Shown: positions 29,017 through 39,783, counted from the stretch's first letter. The stretch is DNA of 63,259 bases from a bacterium (GCA_043803945.1 JAZDJN010000021.1:1-63259), one strand, 5' to 3'. Notes: a model not told the origin generated them from the letters alone. Program-made: numbers and translations.

Positions 29017-31503
29017 TTATTTTCCCATCGACACCAAATTGATAAACAATCGAATTGCTCCCGGTACTCCGGCGGGTATTTGCCGGAAGAATGCAAGTCC
29101 GGTAAAGATGTAGTGGCCTTTCCCATACTGAGCCACCAGCAGGCTTCCCTCTTTCGGCGATTCTCCAGGATCATTCATCGACAGAATACTTGTGAACTGC
29201 GGGTCCCATTTATCGGCAAAGCACAATCCACGTTCCTGAATCCATCCCGCAAAATCCTCCTGGGTTATCTTGTTTGGCGTCGTCAGCAATGGATGATTCG
29301 GTTGCAGAAATGTTACGGGGGCTTCTTCTACTGTCACCCGATCACGAGAGATATTGAGTGGAAATGGAGCAAGGTTTTCCGATTCGCCTCTCTGTGATGT
29401 GACATATTGAACAACATAGGTCCCACCCTGCTTAATAAAATCGAGCAGCCGTTTATTGTGCAGACGAAGCTGCGGACGCGTATTATACGCGCGGACACCG
29501 GCGATGATAATATCAAACCGAGAGAGATCACCCTCGATAATATCTTCATCATTGATGATGTTGACGAAATAGCCAATCTGTTTCAGAACGACGGGGATAT
29601 CATCCCCTGCTCCCATGATATATCCAATTTTCTCTCCCCGCTTTTTTAGATCAACCCGCACTAACTTACTCTCCGCAGCGGGAAAGAGCGCCTGTGGTGG
29701 AATGTGTTTATATTCGACAGTTCTGATTCCTGTCGAATAGGTCGTTCCATCCACTTCCATTACCGCTTTGCAGATTCCCGTTGCTGCTCCGTTTGTCGGC
29801 TGCACCTCAAAAGCTACAGTAACCTCATCATTCTTTCTACTAATCTCAAAGGGAGTGCTTTTTGGTTTTGACTGCCAACCCGTGGGAAGTTCCAAACGGA
29901 CAATTCCCGAAACATTAGTTTTGCCCGCCTTCAGAGCAACTTCGATTTTTTTCGATTGGACGCTCGGATAGACCGTAACGGGATTCAAAATTGTCGCGGC
30001 TACTGCAGGGACAACTTCAAAGGGGCGGTACAATTCGCCTTCGACCGGATCCACCCATCGATGGCGAACGGGGATACTGAGCGTTAATGAAGTTTTGTCT
30101 GCGATAATGTCGACCTGAATCGTAAGCGCAGGGTCATTCTCAGGTTTCCCGACGAGTCGTTGGTCGCGAACCACATAGCGGCCCAGTGATTGTTTCTCGA
30201 GCAGCCAGTACGGTTGAGTCAACGGCAGCGTTTCGGGTAAACGATAGGACAATGGAATCTGAATCGGTTTATTGAATTGGAGCTGCGTCTCAGCGAGTGT
30301 GTCGCGGTTTCCAAAAGGAAGTACGATACGTTTCACACGGAACGGAAATGCTGAACGATTCAGGAATGTTGTGGTGATACGCACATCGGTTCCAGGGCTG
30401 GCGGTGTACTCCGATGCAAGTGCATCGATCCAGAGTCCTGCAGCAGATCGTATGACTTCCAGGAGTTCCTTGCGCTTCACATCAACCCAATACTCATCCT
30501 TGAGCGAATTCAATGCTGTGTATGCTTCCAGGAGAACAGGGAGAATTTTCGAAGGATCTTGCGGATTGAATTCACGGGCAGCGCGCTCAAGGATTCTTCC
30601 AACAACTTCACCGCCGTTCAAACGCGACCAGGAGAGATTGACACCATCGAATAAATCTGTTTTTGCAGAATCTCCTGCCATGTGGATAAAATTATTGATG
30701 AGCGAGCCACGATTTTCTGCAGCGCCAAATCCCTGACTCTTATGCATGCTGCGGCTCAGTCCGGCAATTTCCGTATAGGATTTACCAAGGAGAGGGTTAT
30801 AGATTCCGACATCGACGCTGATGAAATTTGTCAATGGTGCGCTCTGGTCTCCTTGAGGCCGGAAACCGTTCCAGAGCAGTCGTTTGGGTTGCCATGGTTT
30901 GACGAAAGCCAACTGCTCCGGAAATTTTTCGGGATCGCCTGCAGCCCGAAACGCTTCTTCGGCGATGATAGCAGACGCTGTGTGATTTCCATGGCCGCCT
31001 GCAGTTGGTGAGAAACGAGAAATAACAACATCGGGCCGAAATTGCCTGATGATCCAGACAAGATCGGAAACAGATTCTTCCCTCCCCCATATCCGAATTG
31101 TCTCTTCCGATGTCTTTGAAAATCCAAAATCGATTGTTCTCGCAAAACGCTGCTCCGCACCATCGATGCGCCTGGCAGCCAGCAGTTCCTGGGTACGGAT
31201 GATGCCCATGTATTCTCCCTGTTCGGGGCCGAGAAGATTCTGTCCACCTTCTCCACGGGTCATGGCCAGATAGGCAGTCCGTATTCCGCGTTCTTTTGCG
31301 AGATATGCCAAAACGGAGGTATTCTCATCGTCCGGATGTGCAGCGATGAACAGCACTGATCCAAGTGTTTTTAGGTTCTTGATTGCAACGGCCAGGTCTG
31401 ACGAACTCATGGAACGCGGCGATTGGGCAAAGAGGATCGTATTAGAATTGAAAAAAAGGAGCATTGCCGTGATTAGCAGAGAACGGATTGAAAAATGAAT
31501 CAT
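29017..31503 (-). CDS. Exported PIG-L/LmbE-family deacetylase with C-terminal Ig-like and GATase-like domains
   Basis: AAHPDDE, TRGEGGQN, DFGFSK, GGHGNH; signal peptide; C-terminal IGYIMGAGD..GVRAYN. Confidence 0.9.
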   Translation of the reverse strand: MIHFSIRSLLITAMLLFFNSNTILFAQSPRSMSSSDLAVAIKNLKTLGSVLFIAAHPDDENTSVLAYLAKERGIRTAYLAMTRGEGGQNLLGPEQGEYMGIIRTQELLAARRIDGAEQRFARTIDFGFSKTSEETIRIWGREESVSDLVWIIRQFRPDVVISRFSPTAGGHGNHTASAIIAEEAFRAAGDPEKFPEQLAFVKPWQPKRLLWNGFRPQGDQSAPLTNFISVDVGIYNPLLGKSYTEIAGLSRSMHKSQGFGAAENRGSLINNFIHMAGDSAKTDLFDGVNLSWSRLNGGEVVGRILERAAREFNPQDPSKILPVLLEAYTALNSLKDEYWVDVKRKELLEVIRSAAGLWIDALASEYTASPGTDVRITTTFLNRSAFPFRVKRIVLPFGNRDTLAETQLQFNKPIQIPLSYRLPETLPLTQPYWLLEKQSLGRYVVRDQRLVGKPENDPALTIQVDIIADKTSLTLSIPVRHRWVDPVEGELYRPFEVVPAVAATILNPVTVYPSVQSKKIEVALKAGKTNVSGIVRLELPTGWQSKPKSTPFEISRKNDEVTVAFEVQPTNGAATGICKAVMEVDGTTYSTGIRTVEYKHIPPQALFPAAESKLVRVDLKKRGEKIGYIMGAGDDIPVVLKQIGYFVNIINDEDIIEGDLSRFDIIIAGVRAYNTRPQLRLHNKRLLDFIKQGGTYVVQYVTSQRGESENLAPFPLNISRDRVTVEEAPVTFLQPNHPLLTTPNKITQEDFAGWIQERGLCFADKWDPQFTSILSMNDPGESPKEGSLLVAQYGKGHYIFTGLAFFRQIPAGVPGAIRLFINLVSMGK

Positions 31504-31704
31504 ACAACACTTCCTTTCTTCTCGTTACTGGGAATGAGAGAATTCAGATTCACTCTCAATGCTTTAGCATGTTCAGCCGGCGATTCAACAAGTGTACACC
31601 GAGTCCAATATACAGCGTTGCTCTTGAAGCTTCAACTTTTTTTCCTTAGTATTCCTTGCGCACCGAGTCCAATACAGTTTTATCAAGTCCCCGGTGTAGA
31701 ACAG

Positions 31705-31732
31705 AGAAACGTTTATCTCCTCAATTCGTCTA
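31705..31732 (+). promoter_or_regulatory. ECF (sigmaW-like) promoter
   Basis: AGAAAC-N16-CGTCTA upstream of the MFP gene. Confidence 0.7.
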
Positions 31733-31768
31733 ATGCAAAAGCCCCTTACTTATTAATGGAAAACAATC

Positions 31769-33100
31769 ATGGATCCTTCCGCTGAAAACCACTCCTCCCT
31801 GTCGAATCATCGCTTGATTTCCACGGGGCGGACCATTTTCTCCTTCATGAAGAAAAACAAAAAGACCACGCTGACAGGTTCCCTTTTTCTCATCCTCCTT
31901 TTAATCGGACTTACTTTCAGGACACATGATGCTGAAGCCTTCGCGACCTTCGAAGTGAAACAGGGTGAATTCACTGTAAGCATTACCATTGCAGGTGAAA
32001 TCCGCGCTACAAATTCGACAAACATCAGCATCCCCCGGGGAGGCCGGATCGGGCAGGCTCAGATTGTCTACCTGATACCGGAAGGAACGACTGTAAAACC
32101 GGGTGAACTGCTTGCACGGCTTTCAACGACAGAGATCGATAAGTTCATCTCGGATAAAGAACAGGAAATTACGGTAATGAATTCTGACCTTGATAAACTG
32201 CGAGCCGATCAAATGGTTCGAATGGGAGATTATGAATCTTCGTTGAAAAATGCCGATCTCTCATACGAGCAGGCAAAGCTTCAAATTGAGAAAATCAAAT
32301 TCGAAGCGGAAGTGGCAAGAAAAGAAGCAGAGATCAATCTGGAGAGGAACCGTCTTGCGTACGAGCAAGCAAAACGGAAAATTGAAGGTCAAAAGGTCGC
32401 AGAGAAATCAGACGAGAATAAATCGCTGTTGAGAATTAAACTTGCTGAAAACGATCTGGATAGATTAAAGAAAGAGCGAGATCAACTCACGATTCCTGCG
32501 CCGATGCCCGGATTGGTTATTTATGAAACCAATTGGAATACAGGAAGAAAAATTGCCGTCGGCAATCAGGTGAATCCCGGACAGACACTCATTAGCCTGC
32601 CGGATCTTTCAAAAATGCAGGTTACCTCAACGGTCAATGAGGTAGATGTTAGCAAGGTTCAAAAAGGGCAATCGGTTCGCGTGCACCTTGATGCATTTCC
32701 GGAGAAGGAATTCAGTGCCGTGGTCGCCTCTGTCGCCTCCATCGGTCAACGGGACTACAATACGAACCTGAAATCGTTTGAAGTGATCATCGACCTGTTG
32801 CAGAGCAGCCCGATTCTCAGGCCCGGGATGACCTCCAGTAATGAGATTATCATGGAAACTCTTGCTGGAGCGATTTACATTCCCCTTGAATCTGTTTTTG
32901 AGAAGGAAGGAAAAACCATTGTCTACAAAATGAACGGCAGCAACCCAATCCCACAAACGGTGCAAGTCGGTGTTAAAAGCAGCAACTATATCGTTGTCAT
33001 AGAAGGATTAAAAGCGGGGGAGTTGGTCGCGCTTCGTGACCCGTTCGTCAAACAGAGCGAGCCGGAGCAGCCGGCGAAGACCAAGGGAGCTTCATTGTGA
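31769..33100 (+). CDS. Efflux periplasmic adaptor (MacA/HlyD-like MFP)
   Basis: PEGTTVKPGELLA, coiled coil, APMPGLV, VNEVDVSKV, LRPGMT; start may be 31847. Confidence 0.9.
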   Translation: MDPSAENHSSLSNHRLISTGRTIFSFMKKNKKTTLTGSLFLILLLIGLTFRTHDAEAFATFEVKQGEFTVSITIAGEIRATNSTNISIPRGGRIGQAQIVYLIPEGTTVKPGELLARLSTTEIDKFISDKEQEITVMNSDLDKLRADQMVRMGDYESSLKNADLSYEQAKLQIEKIKFEAEVARKEAEINLERNRLAYEQAKRKIEGQKVAEKSDENKSLLRIKLAENDLDRLKKERDQLTIPAPMPGLVIYETNWNTGRKIAVGNQVNPGQTLISLPDLSKMQVTSTVNEVDVSKVQKGQSVRVHLDAFPEKEFSAVVASVASIGQRDYNTNLKSFEVIIDLLQSSPILRPGMTSSNEIIMETLAGAIYIPLESVFEKEGKTIVYKMNGSNPIPQTVQVGVKSSNYIVVIEGLKAGELVALRDPFVKQSEPEQPAKTKGASL

Positions 33101-34407
33101 ATATTCAGCAGAGTACACTCATCGGCCTGAATGGGCTGACGGTGCATAAGCTCCGCTCCATCCTCACGGCCCTTGGAATCATTTTTGGTGTGGCCGCCGT
33201 TATTGCCATGCTCTCGATCGGCGAAGGAGCCCGTCTCGAAGCACTCGAACAGATTCAAATGATGGGCGTCAACAACATCATCATCAGGAGCAAAGAGGTA
33301 ACATCGCAGAGCTTTGAAAAAGCAAAGGCGAATTTTTCTCCCGGATTGACCGCCTATGACGGTAGTGCCATCAAGGAGATCTGTTCATTCATCGAAACGA
33401 TGGTACCGCAATGGGAAAAAACAGTACCTGCAATGTATCTACATAACCGGCTGGATGTTCGCTTGATCGGAACAACAACAAATTTTCTTCAGGTCTTCAA
33501 CTATCAACTTCGCAACGGGAATTTTTTCCAGCAGACACATCTCGACAATCAGGCGAATGTCTGTGTCCTGGGGAACGATGCAAAGGACCAGCTCTTCCAT
33601 TTTGAAAACCCGATCGGAAAACAACTGAAGCTCGATCAGCAATGGTTTACAGTGATTGGTGTTATGGAACGCCAGTTGAATCCAAAGAAGAAAGTCGAAA
33701 ATCTCAAAATTCGAAACCTCAACCTCGATATCTACATACCCCTCACAACGGGTCAGAATAAAATCATGCGAACGAAAGGAAGCGGTCAATATTCCCTTTT
33801 TAGATTTTCAGGGCCTGGTGGAATGTCCATATCGCGCGATCTGACATTCATCCCCAAGCAACAACTGGAGCAGCTCACCATCAAGGTGAAACACGATTTC
33901 GAAATTGGCGAGGCATACCGTGTCATTGAACACATTCTTGCACGAAGACATTTCGGCGTTTCGGATTACGAGATCATTGTCCCGGAGATGCTTGTCCAGC
34001 AGAGTCAGCAAACACAACGAATCTTCAATATCGTCATGGGCGCCATTGCCGGTATTTCACTTCTGGTAGGCGGTATCGGCATCATGAATATCATGCTTGC
34101 CTCAGTTCTCGAACGAACCAAAGAGATCGGCATCCGCCGTGCAGTCGGAGCGACACGGTATGATGTTCTCGGCCAGTTCCTCTTCGAAGCACTCTTCTTA
34201 AGCATTGTGGGCGGCATCATCGGAATCGGATTGGGGTATAGCCTGACAAAAATTATCACCTACTATGCTGAGTGGCGCACCATCGTCTCATATTCTTCTA
34301 TTATTCTCGCCTTCGGCGTCTCGGCAGCAGTTGGCGTTGGATTTGGCTATTATCCCGCCCGCACAGCGGCCTATCAAAATCCCATTGAGTCATTACGGTA
34401 CGAATAA
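33097..34407 (+). CDS. MacB-like ABC permease (no NBD)
   Basis: KLRSILTALGIIFGV, GGIGIMNIMLASVLERTKEIGIRRAVGA, PIESLRYE; GTG start. Confidence 0.95.
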   Translation: MNIQQSTLIGLNGLTVHKLRSILTALGIIFGVAAVIAMLSIGEGARLEALEQIQMMGVNNIIIRSKEVTSQSFEKAKANFSPGLTAYDGSAIKEICSFIETMVPQWEKTVPAMYLHNRLDVRLIGTTTNFLQVFNYQLRNGNFFQQTHLDNQANVCVLGNDAKDQLFHFENPIGKQLKLDQQWFTVIGVMERQLNPKKKVENLKIRNLNLDIYIPLTTGQNKIMRTKGSGQYSLFRFSGPGGMSISRDLTFIPKQQLEQLTIKVKHDFEIGEAYRVIEHILARRHFGVSDYEIIVPEMLVQQSQQTQRIFNIVMGAIAGISLLVGGIGIMNIMLASVLERTKEIGIRRAVGATRYDVLGQFLFEALFLSIVGGIIGIGLGYSLTKIITYYAEWRTIVSYSSIILAFGVSAAVGVGFGYYPARTAAYQNPIESLRYE

Positions 34408-34427
34408 CCTCCAGGGAGTAACTCTCA

Positions 34428-35888
34428 ATGAAACGCTTATTTTCCCTTCTGCAGTTCACTCTGATTTCTTCACTCATAACAATCGCCCAGGTGAAGACTA
34501 CGCTCACACTCGATGAGAGTATCTCACTCGCGTTGAAACAGGGTTATGCTGTACAAAATGCAACATCGCAATATCTCTCATCGAAGAAGTCGTATGAAGC
34601 GACGCTCCGAAAACTCCGCACCTCGGTCAACCTGACTATGGATGCCCCGCGGTTTTCCGAGTCACTCTCCAATCAGTTTAATCCGATCACGCAGCGTTTC
34701 GAATTTTATCAACTCGAAACTGTTCAAGCACAGGCCGATCTTTCCATAAGCCAGCCAATACTCTGGACTGGAGGGACACTCACGCTTCGAGAAAGTATGT
34801 TCCGACGAGACCAGACAGGCCGTGGACGCGATTTTTTCAATGGCTTTTCGGTGGAATTTCGCCAGCCGATCCTCTCACCGAACTCACATCGCATCAGTTA
34901 TGACCGGGCAATTCTCGGTCTCGAACAATCAAAGTCGGATTTTCTGAGAAGTCAGCTCGATATTGTTTATGCAGTCAGCGACGGATTCTATTCGCTGTAT
35001 CAACTCGTACAACGAATGGAAATTCTCAATATTCAGGTTCAACAAAATGAAGATTCATACCAGACGGCCAAAAATAAGTATTCAGCCGGATTAATCCCGG
35101 AGGTGGACGTGTTGCAATCTGAGGTCGATCTTGCTCAAAGTCAGAACGATCTCCTCAATTCCCGGCGGGACCTTGCCAGTCGAAAAAATACCTTTCGCAT
35201 GCTGCTGGGCCTCCAATTCTCTGAAGAAGTCGAGCTGACCGCCTCATTCGAATTCAAGCCTGTTGCAATCGATCTTGAACAGGCGGTTACATCCGCCTTG
35301 AAGAATCGATCGGAAATCCGGAACGCAGAGAGTGCAAAGGAGCTGCGGAAAATTGATATTTTCCAGGCAGAATCTCGCGGCAGTTTTCGGATGGATCTCT
35401 CGGCAGCCTATGGATTCAATCGGACAGCCGGGGTCCTTCCCGATGTCTTTCAGGATCTCAACAGAACCCGGAATGCGGTTGTCAGTATCCAAATCCCTCT
35501 GTTCGATTGGGGGAGCAATGCACTCGAGGTCGAATCGGCGCAGATCCAATACCAGAATGCACTCGCTTCATTCGATGATTTGCAGCGGCGTATCCGCCAG
35601 GAGATCACCGACCTTATCAACCGGGTCCAGTTGGCAGAGTCAAGGTTGACCGTTTTAGAAAAAGTAATTGCCATCGCGCAAAAGAGCTACGACATCAGCC
35701 TCGAGCGATACAAGACTGGAATTATTAACCGCAATGAACTGGCACAGGCACAACAGCGCCTGACCAATGCGAAGTTGAATAATCTCAGCGCCTTGATCGA
35801 CTATCGGCTGGGACTTTCGGATCTAAAGCGAAAGACCCTTTTTGATTTCGAAGCCGGTAAACCGGTTGAACCTATGATTCTGGAGTAA
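34428..35888 (+). CDS. TolC-family outer-membrane efflux protein
   Basis: LTLDESISLALK, SQPILWTG, IPLFDWG, ERYKTG. Confidence 0.9.
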   Translation: MKRLFSLLQFTLISSLITIAQVKTTLTLDESISLALKQGYAVQNATSQYLSSKKSYEATLRKLRTSVNLTMDAPRFSESLSNQFNPITQRFEFYQLETVQAQADLSISQPILWTGGTLTLRESMFRRDQTGRGRDFFNGFSVEFRQPILSPNSHRISYDRAILGLEQSKSDFLRSQLDIVYAVSDGFYSLYQLVQRMEILNIQVQQNEDSYQTAKNKYSAGLIPEVDVLQSEVDLAQSQNDLLNSRRDLASRKNTFRMLLGLQFSEEVELTASFEFKPVAIDLEQAVTSALKNRSEIRNAESAKELRKIDIFQAESRGSFRMDLSAAYGFNRTAGVLPDVFQDLNRTRNAVVSIQIPLFDWGSNALEVESAQIQYQNALASFDDLQRRIRQEITDLINRVQLAESRLTVLEKVIAIAQKSYDISLERYKTGIINRNELAQAQQRLTNAKLNNLSALIDYRLGLSDLKRKTLFDFEAGKPVEPMILE

Positions 35889-35948
35889 AGCCAACACCGA
35901 GTCAGCAATGATCATGCGATACTAATCGCCATTGACAAAAAAGCGATT

Positions 35949-36233
35949 AACTCACGTTACGCAAAAAAAATGAGACTCTTTGAAAGAAAATCTGGCCGCC
36001 CTGCCCGACTTAGAGTATCCGCTTGGGCAGGCGGGCAAGTGCGCCCCAGCCCGCCATGCGGTCTGGCGGGAAGAACTTTATTGTTTGATTGTTTTTCATA
36101 AGGATCTGAAAATCTATCACATTTTAATCTTGGTGTTTTGGCGTTCTTGCCCGCCTGTGCGCCGCTTGCGGTGAGCAGGGCGGCAAATCTTTTTCATTTT
36201 CTGGTCTTACTCAGTTCCATGCGTAACATAAGT
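35949..36233. mobile_element. MITE family A, copy 2 (different cargo)
   Basis: ACTCACGTTACGCA...TGCGTAACATAAGT; GATT direct repeats; carries a palindrome with three nested GC hairpins. Confidence 0.8.
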
Positions 36234-36410
36234 GATTAACTGTTCTTCAAAAGCTGAATCAAAACTCCGGAAATTGTTCTCGCGCCTTACCTATTCCAGG
36301 ATCGAATCGTTCTTGGACCTTTCGGATCATCTGCGGAAAGCCCCGTGAACTACCCCTTTCCCTTTCTTTTTTCTATCTTTGTGAGAGCATATTAGAAAGG
36401 ATCAATCGCT

Positions 36411-37643
36411 ATGAGACTGCGCATACTCCTCATTCCCGTGCTTCTCACACTGCTCCTTGTTGTCCAAGGATGTCAACGATCGTTACCTCCAGCCGGGAGG
36501 TGGTGTGGCTCTGTCACACTCTACGACGGCAAGCAGCTCCCTTTTCAGATGTACCTTGATCTGTCAAAACCAACCGGATTTTTCCTGGTCGACGATGAAC
36601 AGACACCCATCCCCGAGATCCAAATCCATGGCGATTCAATGAATTTCATTTTCACAGAATTCAATTCAGCCATGCGAGGTCTGTTGAAAGCAGGCAAATA
36701 TTCCGGTCAGTTTTTCCGATACCGCAAAGATACCAGTTGGATTGCCTTCGAGGCAACATCTATGGCTGACCAGCCTCAGGCAGCAGAGCAGGCAGCACCA
36801 ACCGTTACAAAGACTCCTCTGGTCGGGAAATTTCGCGCGTACTTTACTACTGCCATAGGATTAGATAGTCTCACAACAGCAACCTTCTGGATCAAACGGG
36901 ATACAATTTTTGGCACCTTAATCGCTCCTGATGGAGATTATGGCTTAATGACCGGGGTGCAACAGGGCGATGATGTACAGCTAAACCGATTCACAGGCTG
37001 GCAGGCGACCATGATTAAACTTGCGCGCCGCGGCACAAGTTGGAGTGGAAAGGTGTATAATAGAAATAATCCACCAGTCTCTTTTGCGCTTGAACCATTA
37101 GCCAGTGCTTCATCGGTCTCTGCGAACCGCGGCGGAGCAACGATGAGAGAGAACAAGAAGCCATTCCACTTCTCCGGCAGAACACTTGCAGGAGACAGCA
37201 TCACCTCCAACGACAAGCGTTTTAATGGGAAAGCTTTGCTTGTTGAAGTCATGGGAACGTGGTGTCATAATTGCATGGATGCTGCACCCTTACTGCAGCA
37301 ACTCTATGCCGAATTTCAAGCACAAGGATTGGAGGTCGTCGGTTTGGCCTTTGAATTATCAAACGACTTTAACGCTGGCCAACTTAACCTACAGAAATTC
37401 AAAGCCCGATACGGAATCACGTACCCGCTAGTTTTTTCGGGGAGTACAGAATCACAAAATGTTGAGGCAAAGATCAGAAGCCAGGTGAATAATTTTGGAG
37501 GATACCCTTCAACCTTCTTTATCGCCCGGAACGGGCTTGTGAAAGAAATTCATTCCGGATTCCGGGGGCCTGGTACAGGTGAAGAGTATCAGAATCAAGT
37601 CCAGGACTATTATCGGCTTGTCAAAGAGCTTCTCCGTAACTAG
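36411..37643 (+). CDS. TlpA-family thiol-disulfide oxidoreductase lipoprotein
   Basis: Lipobox VQGC; MGTWCHNC; YPSTFFI. Confidence 0.9.
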   Translation: MRLRILLIPVLLTLLLVVQGCQRSLPPAGRWCGSVTLYDGKQLPFQMYLDLSKPTGFFLVDDEQTPIPEIQIHGDSMNFIFTEFNSAMRGLLKAGKYSGQFFRYRKDTSWIAFEATSMADQPQAAEQAAPTVTKTPLVGKFRAYFTTAIGLDSLTTATFWIKRDTIFGTLIAPDGDYGLMTGVQQGDDVQLNRFTGWQATMIKLARRGTSWSGKVYNRNNPPVSFALEPLASASSVSANRGGATMRENKKPFHFSGRTLAGDSITSNDKRFNGKALLVEVMGTWCHNCMDAAPLLQQLYAEFQAQGLEVVGLAFELSNDFNAGQLNLQKFKARYGITYPLVFSGSTESQNVEAKIRSQVNNFGGYPSTFFIARNGLVKEIHSGFRGPGTGEEYQNQVQDYYRLVKELLRN

Positions 37644-37701
37644 TGCCGCTCCCAAAAAGAAATCCTGCGTATTGAAAACGACCCTCAAACTGGGAGCGAG
37701 C

Positions 37702-37780
37702 ATCCCGCCTCATGGCGGGACTCATTTCCACAATGGGTTTCAAGAGTAAACACAAGATCATTTAGTGGAAACAGCGATAG
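37702..37780. repeat. Two-hairpin intergenic element, copy B
   Basis: ATCCCGCC-TCAT-GGCGGGACTC followed by TTTCCAC...GTGGAAACAG. Confidence 0.65.
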
Positions 37781-37816
37781 CTAACTGCCTTTGCACTCTT
37801 TATCCGGAGCAATCAT

Positions 37817-37938
37817 ATGCAATGTTCTGAATGCGGAGGTGCGCCTCTCACATTCACGCAATTCATCTGGAAACACAATCCGGACAATCGTCCAAAAACA
37901 TTTCTGTTTGCTCGAATTGTGGTGTCCGATTAAAATAG
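37817..37938 (+). pseudogene. Possible frameshifted zinc-ribbon gene remnant
   Basis: GGAG RBS, then MQCSECGG...; a second CxxC (VCSNCGVRLK) lies in the -1 frame. Confidence 0.35.
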
Positions 37939-38068
37939 TTTTTGACTGCGAACAACTCATGGAGTTCTATAGAAATTGAGCTATATTTAACCAGTGTTTG
38001 CATTGTTAGAAGTACAAATTCCGCGAGATGTAAGAGATCAATATTCACACCACCATTGAAGAGACATT

Positions 38069-39781
38069 ATGGACATCAAAAATAAAACTGTACTCGTGTT
38101 AGGCGGGTGGGGACTTGTCGGTTCTGCTATCTGCCGTCAACTTATGGAAGAGGAATTAAAACGCATCATCGTCACCTCATTGCTCGAATCTGATGCCAAG
38201 GATGCCGTAGCAACGCTGCAAAAGGAATACCCCAAAGCAGGGAAAAAATTTTTCATCCCCTGGTGGGGAAATATTTTTGTGCGCCATACTTTGAAAGATA
38301 CTCCACGGGATCAAATTCTTTCCAAACCCAATTTACGCAATCAACTGGTCGACGACTTGTTGGATGAACTAACCGCCGAAGTTCTCGAACGTACCACAGT
38401 CTTTCAATTATTGAAAAAGTATAAACCCGACATCATTATCGACTGTATCAACTCCGCCACTGCCATTGCGTATCAGGATTTGTTCCATACTGCCCGCGAA
38501 GTGCGGAAAGCCCTGCGGACATCCAACAGCAAAAAGAAAGAGGCCATGCTTGCAGAACAGACTGAGCGATTGCTTGCCACCCTGTACATGCCGCAGCTCA
38601 TTCGTCATGTTCAAACCCTCTACCGTTCCATGCAGATTCATGGAACCACGATTTATGTCAAGATTGGGACGAGCGGTACCGGCGGTATGGGACTCAACAT
38701 TCCCTACACCCATAGTGAAGAGCGGCCATCGAGTGTACTCCTTGGAAAATCTGCAGTAGCCGGAGCCCACACGATGCTTCTTTTCCTCATGGGGCGTACA
38801 CCAGGGGGCCCGATCACGAAGGAGATCAAACCGACCGCAGCGATTGCCTGGAAAAAAATTGGCTATGGTGAGATCAAAAAACGAGGTAACGTTATCCGTC
38901 TTGTAGACTGTCCGCCGGAGAAAGGTATTCCACTCAAGGATACCCTTCAGCTTAAACTTGAGAAACCGATCTGGACAGATATGAACCGTCCTCTGAAATC
39001 GGTCTTTATTGACACCGGAGAGAATGGAGTATTTTCACGGGGTGAATTTGAAGCGATATCAACACCAGGACAAATGGAATACGTCACTCCTGAAGAGATT
39101 GGTGAGAATGTACTCTATGAAATCCGCGGCGGCAATACGGGCCACGACATCATCAACGCTCTTGATAATGCCTCACTCGGCCCGACCTACCGTGCAGGTT
39201 TTATGTTCGAATCGGCATTGAAGCAGATGGTCAATCTCGAACGGGAACATCATACTAAGAGTGTTGCATTCGAGATCCTCGGACCACCGAGATTGTCGAA
39301 GGTGCTCTATGAAGCGTACCTCCTCCAAATTGCATTCGGGGATATTCCCTCAGTGCTCAAATCTCCTGCCAAGATTGTCGCTGAGCGGTTAGAATCGCTG
39401 GTTCGCGATAACGCGGAGCTCCGTTCACAGATTATTTCCATCGGTATACCAATTCTGATGTCCGATGGCAAGACTCTGTTGCGAGGCAGCGACATGAAAA
39501 TCCCTCCATATCGTGGCTCCAATAATCTCAAGGTCACTGAACGCTCGTTAAATGCCTGGTCGCACGATGGTTGGATCGATTTACGCGTGTCAAACATGGA
39601 GCACTGGAAAAAACGATTCGAAATCATTGTCAAACAGATGAAATCCATTCCCGAACAGGATACCTCTTCCCGGTACTTCCGCAACAAGCAGTATTGGAAT
39701 AACTTCATCGAAATCGATCCTGGCAAGATTGCAGGCTGGATTTTCTCTGATGAAGAAAAAGGACAGCGGATGAAAGCATAA
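38069..39781 (+). CDS. Uncharacterised Rossmann-fold (SDR-like) protein, 570 aa
   Basis: VLVLGGWGLVG nucleotide-binding motif; KIGTSGTGGMGLNIPYTHSEE; function not recognised. Confidence 0.75.
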   Translation: MDIKNKTVLVLGGWGLVGSAICRQLMEEELKRIIVTSLLESDAKDAVATLQKEYPKAGKKFFIPWWGNIFVRHTLKDTPRDQILSKPNLRNQLVDDLLDELTAEVLERTTVFQLLKKYKPDIIIDCINSATAIAYQDLFHTAREVRKALRTSNSKKKEAMLAEQTERLLATLYMPQLIRHVQTLYRSMQIHGTTIYVKIGTSGTGGMGLNIPYTHSEERPSSVLLGKSAVAGAHTMLLFLMGRTPGGPITKEIKPTAAIAWKKIGYGEIKKRGNVIRLVDCPPEKGIPLKDTLQLKLEKPIWTDMNRPLKSVFIDTGENGVFSRGEFEAISTPGQMEYVTPEEIGENVLYEIRGGNTGHDIINALDNASLGPTYRAGFMFESALKQMVNLEREHHTKSVAFEILGPPRLSKVLYEAYLLQIAFGDIPSVLKSPAKIVAERLESLVRDNAELRSQIISIGIPILMSDGKTLLRGSDMKIPPYRGSNNLKVTERSLNAWSHDGWIDLRVSNMEHWKKRFEIIVKQMKSIPEQDTSSRYFRNKQYWNNFIEIDPGKIAGWIFSDEEKGQRMKA

Positions 39782-39783
39782 TG

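Noticed and set aside
37817-37938. Programmed -1 frameshift joining two CxxC motifs
   Set aside because: Only five A's, no canonical slippery heptamer or clear stimulator; decay is more likely.
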